From Lama glama (Eukaryota), in assembly GCA_028534125.1 (NCBI GenBank), contig CM052818.1, forward strand, positions 36,644,001 through 36,708,000: DNA of 64,000 nucleotides, given 5' to 3'. The notes beneath the pieces are model-generated. The model was not told where the DNA came from and did not search any database. It worked only from the letters and a program-made list of their open reading frames with translations. A program made the position numbers and the translations under genes. This document shows positions 36,566 to 49,470 of the stretch, one piece after another. Position 1 is the first letter of the stretch; each line of letters starts with the position of its first letter.

Positions 36566-37049
36566 CATTAGGGGTGATGGGGGGGACCCTGTTGTCCAGC
36601 TCCGTGTCTGTTAAGGCCAGGGCTTGGGCAATCAGACCAGAGTTCATAGTGTGAGAACTGCAATTGATCATTTACTTCTTCAATAAAGCATGCTCGACAG
36701 TCCCATCCTCTGCAGGGGATAAGCATCAATCCCCACGTGAGGCTAGGCCACCCCCGAGCTTGCTCATGGGCTCACTCATGGAGCCTCCAGGAGGAACATC
36801 TGCTCTGTGTGCAGACACTGCCAGGGCTGCAACTCCTCAGGCCGAGTCCCTGCCTGGAGTGAGTGCCAGGCCCTCAAGGGAGACAGGCTGGCCTGGCGCC
36901 AGACTCACGGGCTGTGCAAGGACCTGTCCCCAACTGTGTAGGGGTGTGGCTCAAGTTCATCCATGAACTTGCTGTAACATGCAGTCATGTACCATCAGGG
37001 CTTAATGAGCTCTCTGCCCTCCATGTGCTCCTTGAGCTTCAGTGCAAGT

Positions 37050-37780
37050 TCAATGTAGATCGACATGTACGGAACCCCTTCTATGGGCCAGATGTGCCGG
37101 GCACTGGGACAGTAAGACGGATAATGCTGTGTTTCTGCCTTTAAGGGGAGACATTCATAGTTTATTATCATTGTGATAAGAGTTATCGCAGAGGAAAACA
37201 CAAAGATCTGATGGGCTCCAAAAGCCCACAGGCATGGCTGGAAAAGGCTTCCCAGAGGAGATGATGCTGGAGCCGTCTCCAAAGGAGGGAAGCCAGGTGA
37301 GGAGGGAGACAAGGACATCTGAGGCAGAGAAAACCTCCTTACCAATGAAACCGGAGGTAGGAGGCTGCGTAGGGTGGTCAGGAGCAGAGCGGGGCTTGGG
37401 GTAAATGGAGCATGTCTGGCTGTGGGGGCAGAGACCAAGACGTGACCCCAAACCCCAACTAGGTCATGGAGCGCCTGGCTGGCGAGGCTCCTGCTGAGGG
37501 TCCTTAGAAGAGAGACAATGTGGAGAAATAGCCAGGAGGCGATGTTGGTTAAGACTTGGCAATTGACCGGCTACTGAGCTCATTCAGGAGAGCCCTGTGT
37601 GTGCCGAGCTAGCACTGGTATGGAGGGGAGAAGAGGTGTCTGGGATGAATCCCAGTTTTTAGGCTTAAGAGGCTGGGGGATGGTGGTGAAATTCTACTGA
37701 GATTGTGAATATTGGAGGAGGAACAAGCTCAGGGGAGACTCTGATGGAAGTGGAGGAACGTGAAGGCTGGGCGGGTTCTA
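37050..37780 (-). mobile_element. L2 LINE fragment(s)
   Basis: gggcactgggacag, ggaaaaggcttcccagaggagatgatgctggagc, ggatgaatcccagtttttaggctt...ggatggtggtg...actgagattgtgaatattggaggagga. Confidence 0.7.
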
Positions 37781-39919
37781 TGCAGGTGAGGTGGGCAGGA
37801 AGGAGCCTTGCGGGTGGGGGAGCCAACAGAGCAAATGCCGTGAGGACAGAAGGAGCCTGTCTATTCCAATGAAGAAGAAAAGCAGCCCACTTCCGGGTCC
37901 AGATGTTTGGATTAGGAGAAAGAGAGCCCACCCACCAAGCCCCAGACACAGCCTCTCTTCCCACAGTTCCTCAAAGAAATCAAGAGACATGTGACCCACT
38001 GGCTGACAGGGGCTGCACATCTTGTGTGTCAAGATCCAGCCTCCATAGCCAAGTAGCTTCTTTTCCGATTTTGCAGGCAGAGGCGCCAGGAATTCTGCCG
38101 TCGACTGTCCTTGGACCCCGCTGTCAGCCCTCGCTGACGAAGCCGAGTGGGCACTTGTCAGGATGGGCGAGACTGAGGGAAGAAATCTGCAGGGGTGTTT
38201 AAGGCAACTTCCAGGGAAAACCATCTGTCCAGCTTCCTGTGGGGCTGTGGCTGCCCACCCACCCCACGTTCTGCTCCTGGAGGCCACTTAAGGGCTCTCT
38301 GATCCCGGGCACTGTGGCTACAAGGTCCCTGCTGCTTGTGTCCCTCTGCTCAGGTCTCTGAAGGAGCCTGGAAGATTCCAAGAGCTGGAGAAGTGGGAAG
38401 CATGGTGCACCAACAGCTCCTTAGATGAAAAACAGGCGATTGCATTTCATGCTCCTCTGAGGCTCCCCAACCCCACTCCCTGGCAGCATAATTACAGATG
38501 CCTCACTCCTTACAAACCCTTCCTACGCGCTGCATAAAGGAATACAATTTCTGGCTGTCCAAATTACAAGAGACCATAATGCACAAAAGCAATAAACACA
38601 GGTTCTAACAGCAATCAGATACCACTTATCGTAAACAATGGTTTTTGTGATTTATTGCGTTTGAAGCAGGTTCGGCATTACTTCTTAGAAGATTTGGTTA
38701 TTCTTGTTTTCAAGCAGAGTTGCCGGCAGCCAGCTGACGTCAGAAAAAATTGCTCAAGCGCAGCAGATTTTAAAAATAGGGCCAATGTTGTGTTAAAATA
38801 ATAATAATAGAAAAATTGGGGTAGCTGTAGGCTGATGCGAAAGTCTAAAGACAGGGCCATTTGGAGTTTACGTCTCCCCTGCCAAAGCCCATACGTTCCT
38901 AGTAGTGGGCCTTGCCTTCTCATTTCCTGATACCCAGCACTTCCAACCCCTCCCGCCGTCCTCCTGTCCCCTGAGTGACGTGGGAGGGAGGAGGAGACTA
39001 GCAGCCAGACTGTGACAAGGGACAGTCTGGATTAACACATCAGGCTGTTCATCTTCCCCGCTCAGGCCTCGTTTAGCACTGGTAGTCAGATACTGGGAGA
39101 GGGCAGAAAAGTCAAGTTCAAACGGCATATTTGAGCCAAGAGGTCTGCAGTGAGGATCCACTAGGACATTGGCCTTGTTCTGGACAGAGTGGTCCCTTCT
39201 CTCCTGGACTCTGTCCTGTCCATGCTGCAGGGAAGGTGCTGTGGACACTGTCAAGGAACAGAGGCCAGCAGCAGGGGATGGGCTTAGAAAGCGAGGAGGG
39301 TGCCCAGATGGAGCAGGAGTTTTCCATCTGGGTTCGGAGACATCCTAGGATTCCATGTGGGATCTTCAGGGGCTCTGGAAGGAGGGCACCCCCACTTTAA
39401 CCAGGGAGCTCTGCTTTTATTGTCTCTAGTGGGCTTCTGTAAGATTGTTTGCAAAAAAAATTGTATTAGAGAATAAATCCACGAGTAGTAGTCAACGATT
39501 CTGCCTCTTTCCTCCTTCTCCTTGAATTCAGTATTTCACCATGACTTTAAAGCACAGGCACAGGGAAGAACTTGCCCCACACAGTGTCCTAGGGAGACCC
39601 TTGGAGAAGTATTGTGCTCTTGTAGCTGCCCTCTGCCCACATGGGGACCATCACATGTGGAGCCCCCAAGGGTGAGTGGTAGGAGACTGCAGTGAGCCAC
39701 CTTGGCCCTACCCATGGCCCACGCACAGGGACTTGGTTCTAAGGGAAACTGAGAGTGAACAGTGTGCATCAGGACCACTGCCTCACAGGAAGCAGAGCCC
39801 CCACTGCATGGACAGAAAAGCCATCTGAGCAGGATGCTTGTTCCTAGAATCTCCAGGAACTGGAATATTAACCAACACACAACTACCTTGGGATCGAAGG
39901 AGTATGTGTACACATGTAA

Positions 39920-39945
39920 ACACACACACACACACACACACACAC
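39920..39945. repeat. (CA)n microsatellite
   Basis: Read directly. Confidence 0.95.
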
Positions 39946-40187
39946 GGCCCATGGCCCTGCCCCTTGCAGGAAGGCTGAGACCTGCACTGGCTGATGCTTC
40001 ATTTCACTCCAGGGGGGCGAAGCTCTCTTGCTTTAGCTTGGAGCAGAGAGCAGAAAAATCACTGAGCTATATAGATCACGATAAGGAAATGGATTTGTTA
40101 GTGAGTAGCCAGTCCCTAGAGAACAACCATGATATCTTGTTTGAAGGAAATCTCAGAACATCACTCACCCAGGTGGAAAAAAATATA

Positions 40188-40400
40188 TTGATTGCTAACA
40201 TTTATTGCATACATATATTCCAGGCACTATTCGAAACTCCTTTCGTAATTAACCTATTTAACGCTCACCACAGAACTATGGCAGAGGTAGTATTATTCCC
40301 CTGATCTTCCCGACAAGGAATCTGAGGCACAGGGAGGAGGGTGACCTACCAGGGGACCCAGCCAGTAAGTGTGAACACAGTTCCAAGCCCACAGGACTCA
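40188..40400 (-). mobile_element. MIR SINE
   Basis: gctaacatttattg...ccaggcact...atttaacgctcaccaca...tattattcccc...aaggaatctgaggcacagggag...cagccagtaagtg. Confidence 0.8.
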
Positions 40401-41148
40401 CTGTGCTTCCTGTCACTTCCAGGCATGTTTTTTCCGCTGAGAGGCCTGACATAGTTCTACTGTCAACTGCTCGTTGGCTGGGATCAGTTCACAGGCAGGA
40501 AGATAGGATGAATGTCACTTAAAGCAACCACATCAACACCCATCTGCTGGAATCAGAAGCACCAAGCCCATCCTGTCTGGTGTTCACCCGCTGAGCCTCC
40601 CCGCCAGCCACATACCTCCCTCCAGAGAGACGAAGCTGCCCCAGCCACAAACCACACAGAACACCCCAAGCCTTGAAGTTAGCAGATCTCTGCTGAGTGT
40701 TGATGTGTCGGGCACGGATATCACAACCCAAGACCGCAAACAGGAATTCCCGAAAACACACCAAATTTGCTTTTTGATAAAGACAAGAGTGATACACGGC
40801 TCAAGCATATGCTTAACAGTGAGGTTTGTTTTGATACAGATCCTCACATCTTCCAGTATCCTTGCCCTTTCATATTTCTGATCCTCAGACTTGAATTGTT
40901 TCTGTGTGGAGGAAGATGTGAGAACCACCACCCTCTGGGACTGCTTCCCGACTCTCCTCAGTTTGGGGGAACTTCCTGCCTTCTCCAAGTCACCCCGACA
41001 CTTTGGTCTGTGCTGTTCAATTGGCCACTTGATTACAAGTATATTGCATTTTATTTTCTCTGATTATTTCAAATAGGTCTTGTTTCTTTGGCGAGAGAGC
41101 TCCTTGAAGGTGAGCTGTGTCATCCTCAGTGCCACCCTTCCCTTCCTG

Positions 41149-41151
<3 letters not shown>

Positions 41152-41183
<32 letters not shown>
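41152..41183. repeat. (CA)n microsatellite
   Basis: Read directly. Confidence 0.95.
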
Positions 41184-41184
<1 letters not shown>

Positions 41185-41185
<1 letters not shown>

Positions 41186-41372
41186 GAACTTCAGAGGGGA
41201 CCAGAATCACCTGGGGAGCTGATTTAGTTTATTTTAATACCAAATCCTGAGCCACACCACTAGAGATTCTGATTCAGTGGATCTGGCGTGAGGTTCAGGA
41301 ACTCACATTTTTTATCAAGTGTCCTAGGTGCTTGATGCTGGCTGTCAGGTTTGCAGTGTGGGAAACACTGCT
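41185..41372. mobile_element. MER5-family hAT-Charlie element
   Basis: cagaatcacctggggagct...agagattctgattcagtggatctgg...cattttttatcaag...ggtgcttgatgc...gggaaacactg. Confidence 0.8.
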
Positions 41373-41396
41373 ATCTTGCTTCCCCAGGACAGGATC

Positions 41397-41780
41397 TGTA
41401 TGGGCTGAATTGTGTCCTCCCTGAATTAGTACACTGAATGTGACCCAGAATATGACCCTATTTACAGATAGGGTTTTTACAAAGGTAATTAAATTAAAAT
41501 GAGGTCATTAGGGTGGGTCCTAATCCAACAGGACTGGTGTCCTTATGAGAAGAGGAGATCTGGACACAGACAGCCACGAAGGGAAGACGGCGTGCAGACA
41601 CAGGGAGAAGACGGCCATCTCTGAGCCACGGAGAGAGGCCTGGAGCAGGCCTTCCCCACACCAACCCTGCAGACATCCCGATCTCAGGCTTCCAGCCTCC
41701 AGAGCTGTGAGAACGTAGGATTCTGTGTAAGCCCTCCAGTCTGTGCTTCTTTGTTCAGGTCGCCCTAGCAAATGAACACG
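41397..41780 (+). mobile_element. MaLR solo LTR (MLT1B-like)
   Basis: tgtatgggctgaattgtgtcc...ttaaaatgaggtcattagggtgggtcctaatccaacaggactggtgtccttatgagaagagga...cacagggagaagacggccatct...cttccagcctccagagctgtgaga...gccctagcaaatgaaca. Confidence 0.9.
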
Positions 41781-43649
41781 GCATCCATAGCAGGTATTTT
41801 GCAAATACACTTTTTTGTCCAAACTCATCTTTCCCAAACTTTTGAACAGCCCTGCAATTCTTCGCCGGGTATTCCTACCCCAGGGCGGTGACCTGTTGTT
41901 GCCTGACAGTCTGCCAGGCCCAACTCAGCAGCCTGGCGTCAGGACAGAAGACAGCTTGGGAAGGCATCTCTCACCAGCCCCACGCCTGCCTGGCCTTGGG
42001 ATTCGGCCACAGCACTACTCCCAGAGGAGGAGGAGGGGGGCCACCCTCCCCCAGAGCTCCTCTTGTTGCTGTCACACCAAACGCGCGCTAAGCTCTGCTC
42101 TCTGGAGCCAGATGCCACCCAACTCATGCCACTTCCTCCGACACGGTGTTCCTGCTCTCCTTGCCTCCCAGACAAGCCTGGCATTATCACCTGGAAGGGC
42201 TGGCTGGTGACAAACGGGGGAGACCCTTGGGAAGGTGGCGCCTCTGTCTGGGAGATGGGCAGACTGGCAGCAAAGCCTGTTGGAGCTCTGCTCACGGTGA
42301 CAGCTCACTGTCACCCGCACCAAGCCTGGGGTGGCCCCAGCCAGCAGCCCATGTAAATAAAGCTCAGGTGCTCACAGTCGGGGCCGAGCTAAGGGAGGGG
42401 CTCCTGGGACATTGGCCCCAGGAACTTACAGTAAACTGTGTGCCCAACGAGGGGGTGGTTTGCCCCCAAGCCTCAGCAGCCGCAGTGGCCACCGGTCACA
42501 CTCCTTGGCAAAAACGCCTCCCCCTTCTGGACATCTTGTGTGTTTCTCAATTCATCCCTTGCCACAACGACTAGAAATAAGCCTTTCTGCAGGCAAGATT
42601 TAAATGGGCTCTCCTGGCACGGAGCACATGGCCTCACACTGAATAAAGGGTCTTTAGAATGCTCTCAGATCCACCCTCTTCTCATTTCCTCCTCTCCTTG
42701 ATCCCGTTTTCTCCCTGGGGTATGGGTGACTGTGCAGCCAGTGTGATTAACTCAGCCGGGACTATAATCTCGGGAAGGAGTGGAATGGAAATCATTTTTG
42801 GAATATGAATCAAATAGGATTTCAGTTGAAGTTATTTAAAAGAAATTAATTGACTTGTACTCGCCACAATACACTGATAAGAGTTCATTGCCAGGCCCAT
42901 CAGGAGTAATGAAAAAACAGTTAATAAAATTCAGCTGTCAAAGGCAGTCTGTGCTGGGGCTCTCCGGGGACGTCCCGCAGCCCCCGGGTCGCAGGGGCGG
43001 AGCACACCGGTCTGCCGGGGCCAAGCTCAGGCTTTGCTGTATTTTTCTCTTGTGTGGGATTACTCAAGTTTTAATACTATAAGATTCTCAGGGCTGAGAC
43101 TTTTTCCCCAGCTGCTCTGTATTTCTATAAAGCTCTGTGCACATACTAAATCACAACCCCATGAAGGATGTGGGCTAGATAAAAACATTTTGCATTCAGT
43201 CATTCATTTTTTTTTCATTTGCAAGGCCTTCTGAAGAGATATTTCTCCTCCCTCCCCCTTATTGACTGTAAATGACCTTAAGGAGGAGGGAGTGGCAATA
43301 TTTAATTACAGCTATCTTCAACTCCTTTCCCCCACTCTCCCCAAACCATGGACAAGAATAAGTTATTAACTTAAAAAAAAACTAGACACACACACAAAGA
43401 TGAAGGAAGGTGAAATCTCCACACTGCAGTTCCACGCAAGACCCGGGGCTCGGCGGCCGGCCCAGTGCCCCCCACGGCACTTCCCAGCCCACGTGGGTGT
43501 GATCTGTCATTCTCATCAAAGATGTGAGTCCTAGCAACACACAGGCAGAAATTACCCCATGTCACTAGGACTCCACAAGCCACAGTCCTCCCGGACACAC
43601 AGAGCAGCTGCTTCCTGCCCTGGGCTCTTTTCTTTTTTCATTTTCTTTT

Positions 43650-43736
43650 GTAATGGTTACCATAGGCCAAGCACCATTCCGGGCATGTCCCAAACAGTGA
43701 CTCCTTTACCCCTCGTGGAAGCCCTACAAGGAGGGG
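43650..43736 (-). mobile_element. MIR SINE, left piece of an element split by an MLT1 LTR
   Basis: taatggttaccata...gccaagcacc...tttacccctc...gccctacaaggagg. Confidence 0.55.
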
Positions 43737-43738
43737 CT

Positions 43739-44101
43739 TTCAGTGCACTGAACTGGGTTCCCCTCAAATTCATGGGTAACCCCCAGTGTGATTATATTTG
43801 GCAGTGGCGCCTTTGGGAGGCGATTAGGTTTAGATGAAGCCATGAGGGTAGAGCCTCATGGAGTGAGATGATCGGGTTAGTGTCCTTATAAAAAGAGACA
43901 ACGGACAGCCACATGAGGCTGCCGTGTGAGGACAAAGTGAGAAGGCTCCCATCTCTGAGCCAAGAAGAGAGTCTTTCCAGAAAATGACCAGGCTGGCATC
44001 TTGATCTTGGACTTCCAGCCTGTGGAACTGTGAGAAAATAAATTTCTCTTGTTTAACCACCCAGTCTACGGCATTTTGTCCTGGCAGCCTGACCTAATGC
44101 A
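43739..44101 (+). mobile_element. MaLR solo LTR (MLT1A-like)
   Basis: gcctttgggaggcgattaggtttagatga...ttagtgtccttataaaaagagac...gctggcatcttgatcttggacttccagcctgtggaactgtgagaaaataaatttct...ctaatgca. Confidence 0.9.
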
Positions 44102-44250
44102 GAAGGTACTGTTTTCATCATCCTTATTTTATAGATGAGGGAACAATGGCACAGACATCTTAAGGAACTTGCCCAAGGTCACACAGCAAGTGACAGAGCC
44201 AGCCCTGGATCCAGCAGTCTAGTTCCAGTCTCTGCCTTCACCACTACATG
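44102..44250 (-). mobile_element. MIR SINE, right piece
   Basis: aggtactg...attttatagatgaggg...ttaaggaacttgcccaaggtcacacagcaagtgacagagcc. Confidence 0.8.
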
Positions 44251-44470
44251 GAAGCTGTGCTTTATGTTAAACGCCACCCTCCCCCCCCAAAAAATCATTG
44301 TCCCTGGGAACCTGCTTGCAGAGTTGCTTGTGTTAAATCACAAGCCCTAGGAGACCAAGGTGGGAAACCCAAATCTGGTCAGGCCCGAGGAATTTGCTCA
44401 GAACAGACTCACAAGCACCTTGTCAAGGCTGTGGGTTTTATGTGCAAAATGGAGGGACCTGCAGAGATGC

Positions 44471-44992
44471 TGTGGTGGACTATATCTCATGCTCTTCTAG
44501 AACCTCCAGCCTCCCCCATTGAGAGGCGGAGTCTAACTTCCCTCCTCTGAAGTCCCAGTGGACTTGTGATTCCCTTGTAACCGACAGAATGGAGCAGAAG
44601 TGACAAGGCATGCCTTCAGAGGCTACGTCATCAAAGGGACGCACCCCCGTTTCCCCAGCCCTGGTCTTCCAGGTAAGAAGGCCACCCCCCGGGCCACCAC
44701 ACTCTGAGAAAGTCCAGGCGAGATGAGGGGTCACACACAGCTGTCTCAGCAGACAGCCCCAGCAGAGGCCCTTGGGCAGCCAGCCCCATGAGAAAGGTGT
44801 CTCTGGGTGATCCCAGGGCTGCAGTGGAACCACCCAGCCAGGGAGCGTTCCCAGCCGAGGTCCTAGACATTTCAGTGACAGACTCTCCCTGCCGTGCCCT
44901 GTCTGAAGTCCTGACCCACAAACTCTGTGAGCAAGACAAAAAGCCTGTTTATACCTCAAGGTCTGGGGGTGGTTTGTCACACAACAACTGTG
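44471..44992 (+). mobile_element. MaLR solo LTR (MLT1F/G/H-like)
   Basis: tgtggtgg...cattgagaggcggagtcta...cagaatggagcagaagtgac...tgccctgtctgaagtcctgacccaca...ggggtggtttgtcacacaacaa. Confidence 0.8.
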
Positions 44993-46469
44993 GCCAGGAC
45001 AGATGCCACCTGCCTGGTCCCTCCTGTGCTCAGCACCAGGCCTCAGGGGCTCTGTCCAGACCCCTGCTGGGGGGCTGAGAGTAGAAGCCTGATGAACTGA
45101 TGGACAGAAGGAAAGACGGCACCGCAGGAACAAGCATGCTGCTCTGGGTAAATTTCCAAAGGCCGGGCCTGAGTCAGGCCAGCTTCTCTAAACTGCCCAC
45201 AGAGATGCAGCCCTGGGTCTTCAGTCTGGGCTTATAGAATCGAGGCAGGTAAAGACACACTCAGAGCTACTGCTAAAAACTAGTCTTAAAAATACAACCT
45301 CTTCCCAGAGGCTCTGCAAAGTCCAAAAGCTGAGTCCCTGGTTACATCAGATCCCCCAAAGTGAGCTGTTCCTGTTGCTGCTGTTAAGGTTGGGGAGCAG
45401 GAAAGGAGGACGTGTGTCCCAGCGTCACCCTGCTCCGGCGAGCCAGCCGTGGTGGAGATGAGGACTGTGCAAGCCTATTCTCCGGTGGGCCAGAACATAC
45501 AAAACAGCCCTCTGAGAGGGGCACCCCTCCCACATGGGTTATTTCTTCCCCACTGTAAGCCTTCTTCAAGTCTCGGCTATTATCTGGCCCCTTACATTAG
45601 AGGATCCAGACACTCGTGGTGCTCACAGGCCTGGACCCTGAACCAAGAAGGCTGGGAGCACACATGTGTGCAGACAGCCGAGCCCACCCGTGCAGCCCCA
45701 CCTGGAAAGGCCACCTTCACAACGTGACTCAGAACTCCAGGGCTGGCCCCATTCACACTCCGGTCACGGCTTTTCTGCATTATATAAAAAGAATCTAAAG
45801 GATTTGGGTGTGGAAGCTTCTCTGACATAAACTCAGCATCCTCCCTTCCCCAAAGCCTGCTCTGGGGCTCCCATGAAGCTCTTGAAGAGAGGTTTCTGCC
45901 CCCTCCCCGCAGGTGCTGGGGGTACAGGGCACACGGGGGCAGATGCAGAAGGAGGGCCTTGAGGGAGCTCTGCCTCTGTCTCGCCTGCTCCTGAGGGTCC
46001 TTTGAGGAGTCGCTGCTCAGGTTTGAGCTCCCGGAGTGATGTTGGTGTCCATCACTAGACTGGACCCAGGAAAGGAGGAGCTGGTGGTTCCTGGTGGGGG
46101 GAGGATGCAGGTGCTGAGGGAGTGGGCAGATGGTCCAGCTATGTGATACTCTTCGTCTTGCTTCCCTGTTGCTCTCCCATGGCCCTTGGGAAAGCCCCTT
46201 TAAATGTTCCAGCACGATCGCAGTGCCCACAGAGAAGACAGTAATGGTCTTGAACACCCACATGTAGTCCGGGCTGGTATAAACAGAGTAACTGGCGTCC
46301 TTGTCTGACAAGGGGGCAGAGATGCTTGCGGGACAAGTGACTCCCAGGGGATAAGGGTGGGGCTGAAGGGTCCTACTGTGTGCGCCTCCCGGGGCAGGGA
46401 CTCTCTCTTCAGCGCTGAGCTAGAGGGTCTGCTTCTTATTTTACGAAGGGAGGCAGAATCTCCTGACAA

Positions 46470-47200
46470 AGGCACCCAGGACGATGCGTCCATATTGACC
46501 TCGAGGCCGGAAGGTCGGGGCGCGAGCTTTTCCATTCCTTCAAGTGCACCATGAGAGGTAGCTCCGTTTTCTAACAAACGACCTGTTAACAAGGCCAGCT
46601 GCCCAGTCTGTCGGAAAACGGACCACCAGCGGCAGGAAAGACTCCGAATCATGCCCATCTGGAGTATGTCTGGACAGCGCCCACCCTTCCCAGGGAAATG
46701 TGCTTGTTTCCTCATCCTCTTCTTGAAAGAGGAGGTGAAAGGCTTGCAGGGATTCGCCGCACAAAATGCTCCCGTCGCTTCCGCGAGCCGGCGCAAGGCT
46801 GTGATGGAGCGGTTGCTCACACCTGAGTGCGGCCCCCGTGGTCGCTGCCCGGCTGGGCTGCGCGGAGGTGGGGGACACTGACCTAATCAGCTTGGCCGGG
46901 AGCTGCCTGGCCTTGGCAGTGACAGGCGGATCGTCCTCTTCAGAGGCCCGGAGGGCTGAGAGGCTCTTCCCAAACTGGGTCGGGAGTCTTCTGATGCCCC
47001 CTCTCCGGGGGAAGGCTGGAAGGGATTATAATGCAGACCCAGAAGCAGATCCCAGCCCCGGCGCCCTGGCCTTCTCCGGCCCCTCTTCCCAGCTACAGAC
47101 ACAGCATGCACTCACGTCTGCCGACGTCGGGGAGGGCGTGCGTGCCGCTCTTGCAAATACTCCTTCCCGTCACCCAGGTTAGTCCTGTGGGGGCCTCCCT
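46470..47200. promoter_or_regulatory. CpG-enriched patch (orphan CpG-island-like)
   Basis: Dense CG around 46750-46930 (cccgtcgcttccgcgagccggcgc, ctgcgcgg); observed/expected ratio not computed. Confidence 0.45.
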
Positions 47201-49294
47201 CTGTTCCCGGGATCTGTCTGTGGGAGATCCTGGGGGAGGGGCTGTTTGGGGGAACTCCTTTTGGACGGTGGGGCCCAGGTAACAGATTCGGGCTGGGGTT
47301 TTGAGAGCCTGTTCGGGGTGTAGGGTGGGGCAGGACATGCAAAGTGGCACCAAACCAGTGTCTGCTGTCTCAAGAGGCACCCAGACAACCTGACCGAATG
47401 TCCACAGTAAGGGCTGAGTGTGGATGAGGGCAGCCAAGACACACCCACGTGAGGGGGAAGCGGTCGCTGGGGCTGGGGTGACGCTCAGGGCAAGGTGAGG
47501 GTCCTCTGATACCCTGAATCACGGGCTCTCAACCCTAGGTCTCCCCTCGGGGCCTGGGCCTCAGACTCTACTTGCAAACAATGGTGAACAACACTTACAG
47601 CTCCAAGGGAGAGAAATTTTCAAGTGTAGTGTGTCAAAGGCCAACGGGACAGAAAACAAAGCATTCTAGCTGAAGGGAGGAGCCCCATTAAGGGTGTTTG
47701 TTCCCTGTGGGAAGATTAAAGGCAGAAGGACCTTCTGAAAATGACAGCCTCTTGGGGGCAGGTTGGCAGATCAAAGCTGCCCAGTGTCCTGGAGGTTTCA
47801 GTTGGCCACGTGGTTGGAGATAAGGTCACCAAGACCGTCAGGGGAGGCTGGGGGGCTTGGGAGGGAGGGGCAGGAGCACATCCATTGGCCAGGGCTCCAG
47901 ACCACAGGCTGGGACCCTCAGGGACACAGCTGCCTGGCTGGCCCAAGGGCAGGCCTCGCCCAGGGAGCCCCAGCAAGCCCAGCCTGCACAAGGACCAGAT
48001 GAAATTCACAACCCAGCCCTTTGTTCTGGCCAGCCAACGCTGGTCCCCCATCCAGTTCTAGCTGCAACAGGCGCTATGACCCCCTTTCAGGGAAATCCCT
48101 GAGCCTGGCTCCCTCACCTCCCGGCCCCCGGCTCCCCAGATGAGACCCTACTAATGGCCCCTGGGCCTTCAGAGGGCATGGCCGGCCAAGCTCGTCTTTG
48201 CCGCCCAGTGGAGCACAGTTGGGTCCTTGCCTGCAACCACAGGCCTCTCACTATGTGGCCAGAGGAGGACTGAAGCAGCCCGGCCCACAGCGAGCAGCGG
48301 CAGAGGAAGCGCCGCAGTAGACGGCCCGGCCCGCTGCTTCACTCACCAGCAGCCCCCGTCAGCGCCTCAGAAGCCCCTGCTCAGAAGGCTCAGGCTGGTG
48401 GGCTGTCAAAGCACTCACTCTCTGAACTTCTCCCAAATGAGTGCATTTTCCAGGGAAATGACGTTTGTCACTTTCAGCATCAAAAATTAATTTTAAAAAA
48501 GATATTTAAAAAAGTAAAAATCACTTGTGACATGTATGATAAACTTGTCTGGCCCTGAACAGAGTATATGGAACTTGACATTGTCTTCCATCCATGACCT
48601 GGAACTGTTTTCAAGAATTTTGAGAATTACTGGCCTGAGGTGTCACTCGGCCAAGCTCTCCTGAAGCCCCCTGCTGGCCCTAAGGCCCTCAGGGATCATC
48701 TACAAGAATGGCCCTGCTCTCGGGGACCTCACTGATTGGTTCAGAGAGCGCTTTTCTGAGATGCTTCCAGCCCAGTGACAGGAACAGGAGGCTCCCAGCG
48801 GAGGAGCCGGAAGGGTGTGGGCACACAGAAGTGTTTTATCATTCATACGGCCTAGGAAGCTGGCCCCTTCTTTTAAACAAAGAAAGCAACACGTGCAGGA
48901 CTAAGGCCGCCGTGCTGAGCTCTGACATCCCCGCCTGCTTCCTCTTCCTCCTTCGCTGGCTGCTGCTGCCTCTTGGAATCAGGGCCTCACTTCTCAGCTG
49001 GGGCCTTGCCTGGATGGGGGAAGCTTCTACGAAATGAAGTGAAGGGGCCTGGTGGCCGTGGGCCTCTGAAGCTCCTTTGGCTGCCTCACTCTGTATAACC
49101 AAGGCTGAGCGTGGCTGGCGGGGCTGCTGGCCGTGGTGGCGAGGAGTCTGTACAAACCACAAGCCATCAGTGGGACAGCGCTAACTTCTATGGCCTCCTC
49201 TGATTTTCTGGTCTGAGTCTCTAGAACCTGCTAAATATTCAGCAGTGTAATTGGCAGTGATCATGGCAAACTTATAAGTGACCAGTGACATCCA

Positions 49295-49470
49295 AGGAAT
49301 TACAGAGCCACAGAGGCTCATACTGGAAGTGACCTTTCAGTCCAACACTCACTCAAATGGGGCAACTGAGGCACAGGCCAGGAAATGACTTGTTAACAGC
49401 CAGAGAGACAACAGAGGCAGAGTGAGGACTGGGCTGGAGCCCCTGCATCCCAGCTCAGGGCTGTGACCTG
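49295..49470 (-). mobile_element. MIR (MIR3/MIRc-like) SINE
   Basis: ctggaagtgacct...agtccaac...caaatggggcaactgaggcacagg...gaaatgacttg. Confidence 0.6.

Noticed and set aside
46672..46682. REST/RE1 site
   Set aside because: Only the right half (ggacagcgcc) is present; no cagcacc left half.
45592..46820. 239-aa and 206-aa minus-strand ORFs
   Set aside because: No family resemblance, non-ATG starts and no clear splice boundaries.
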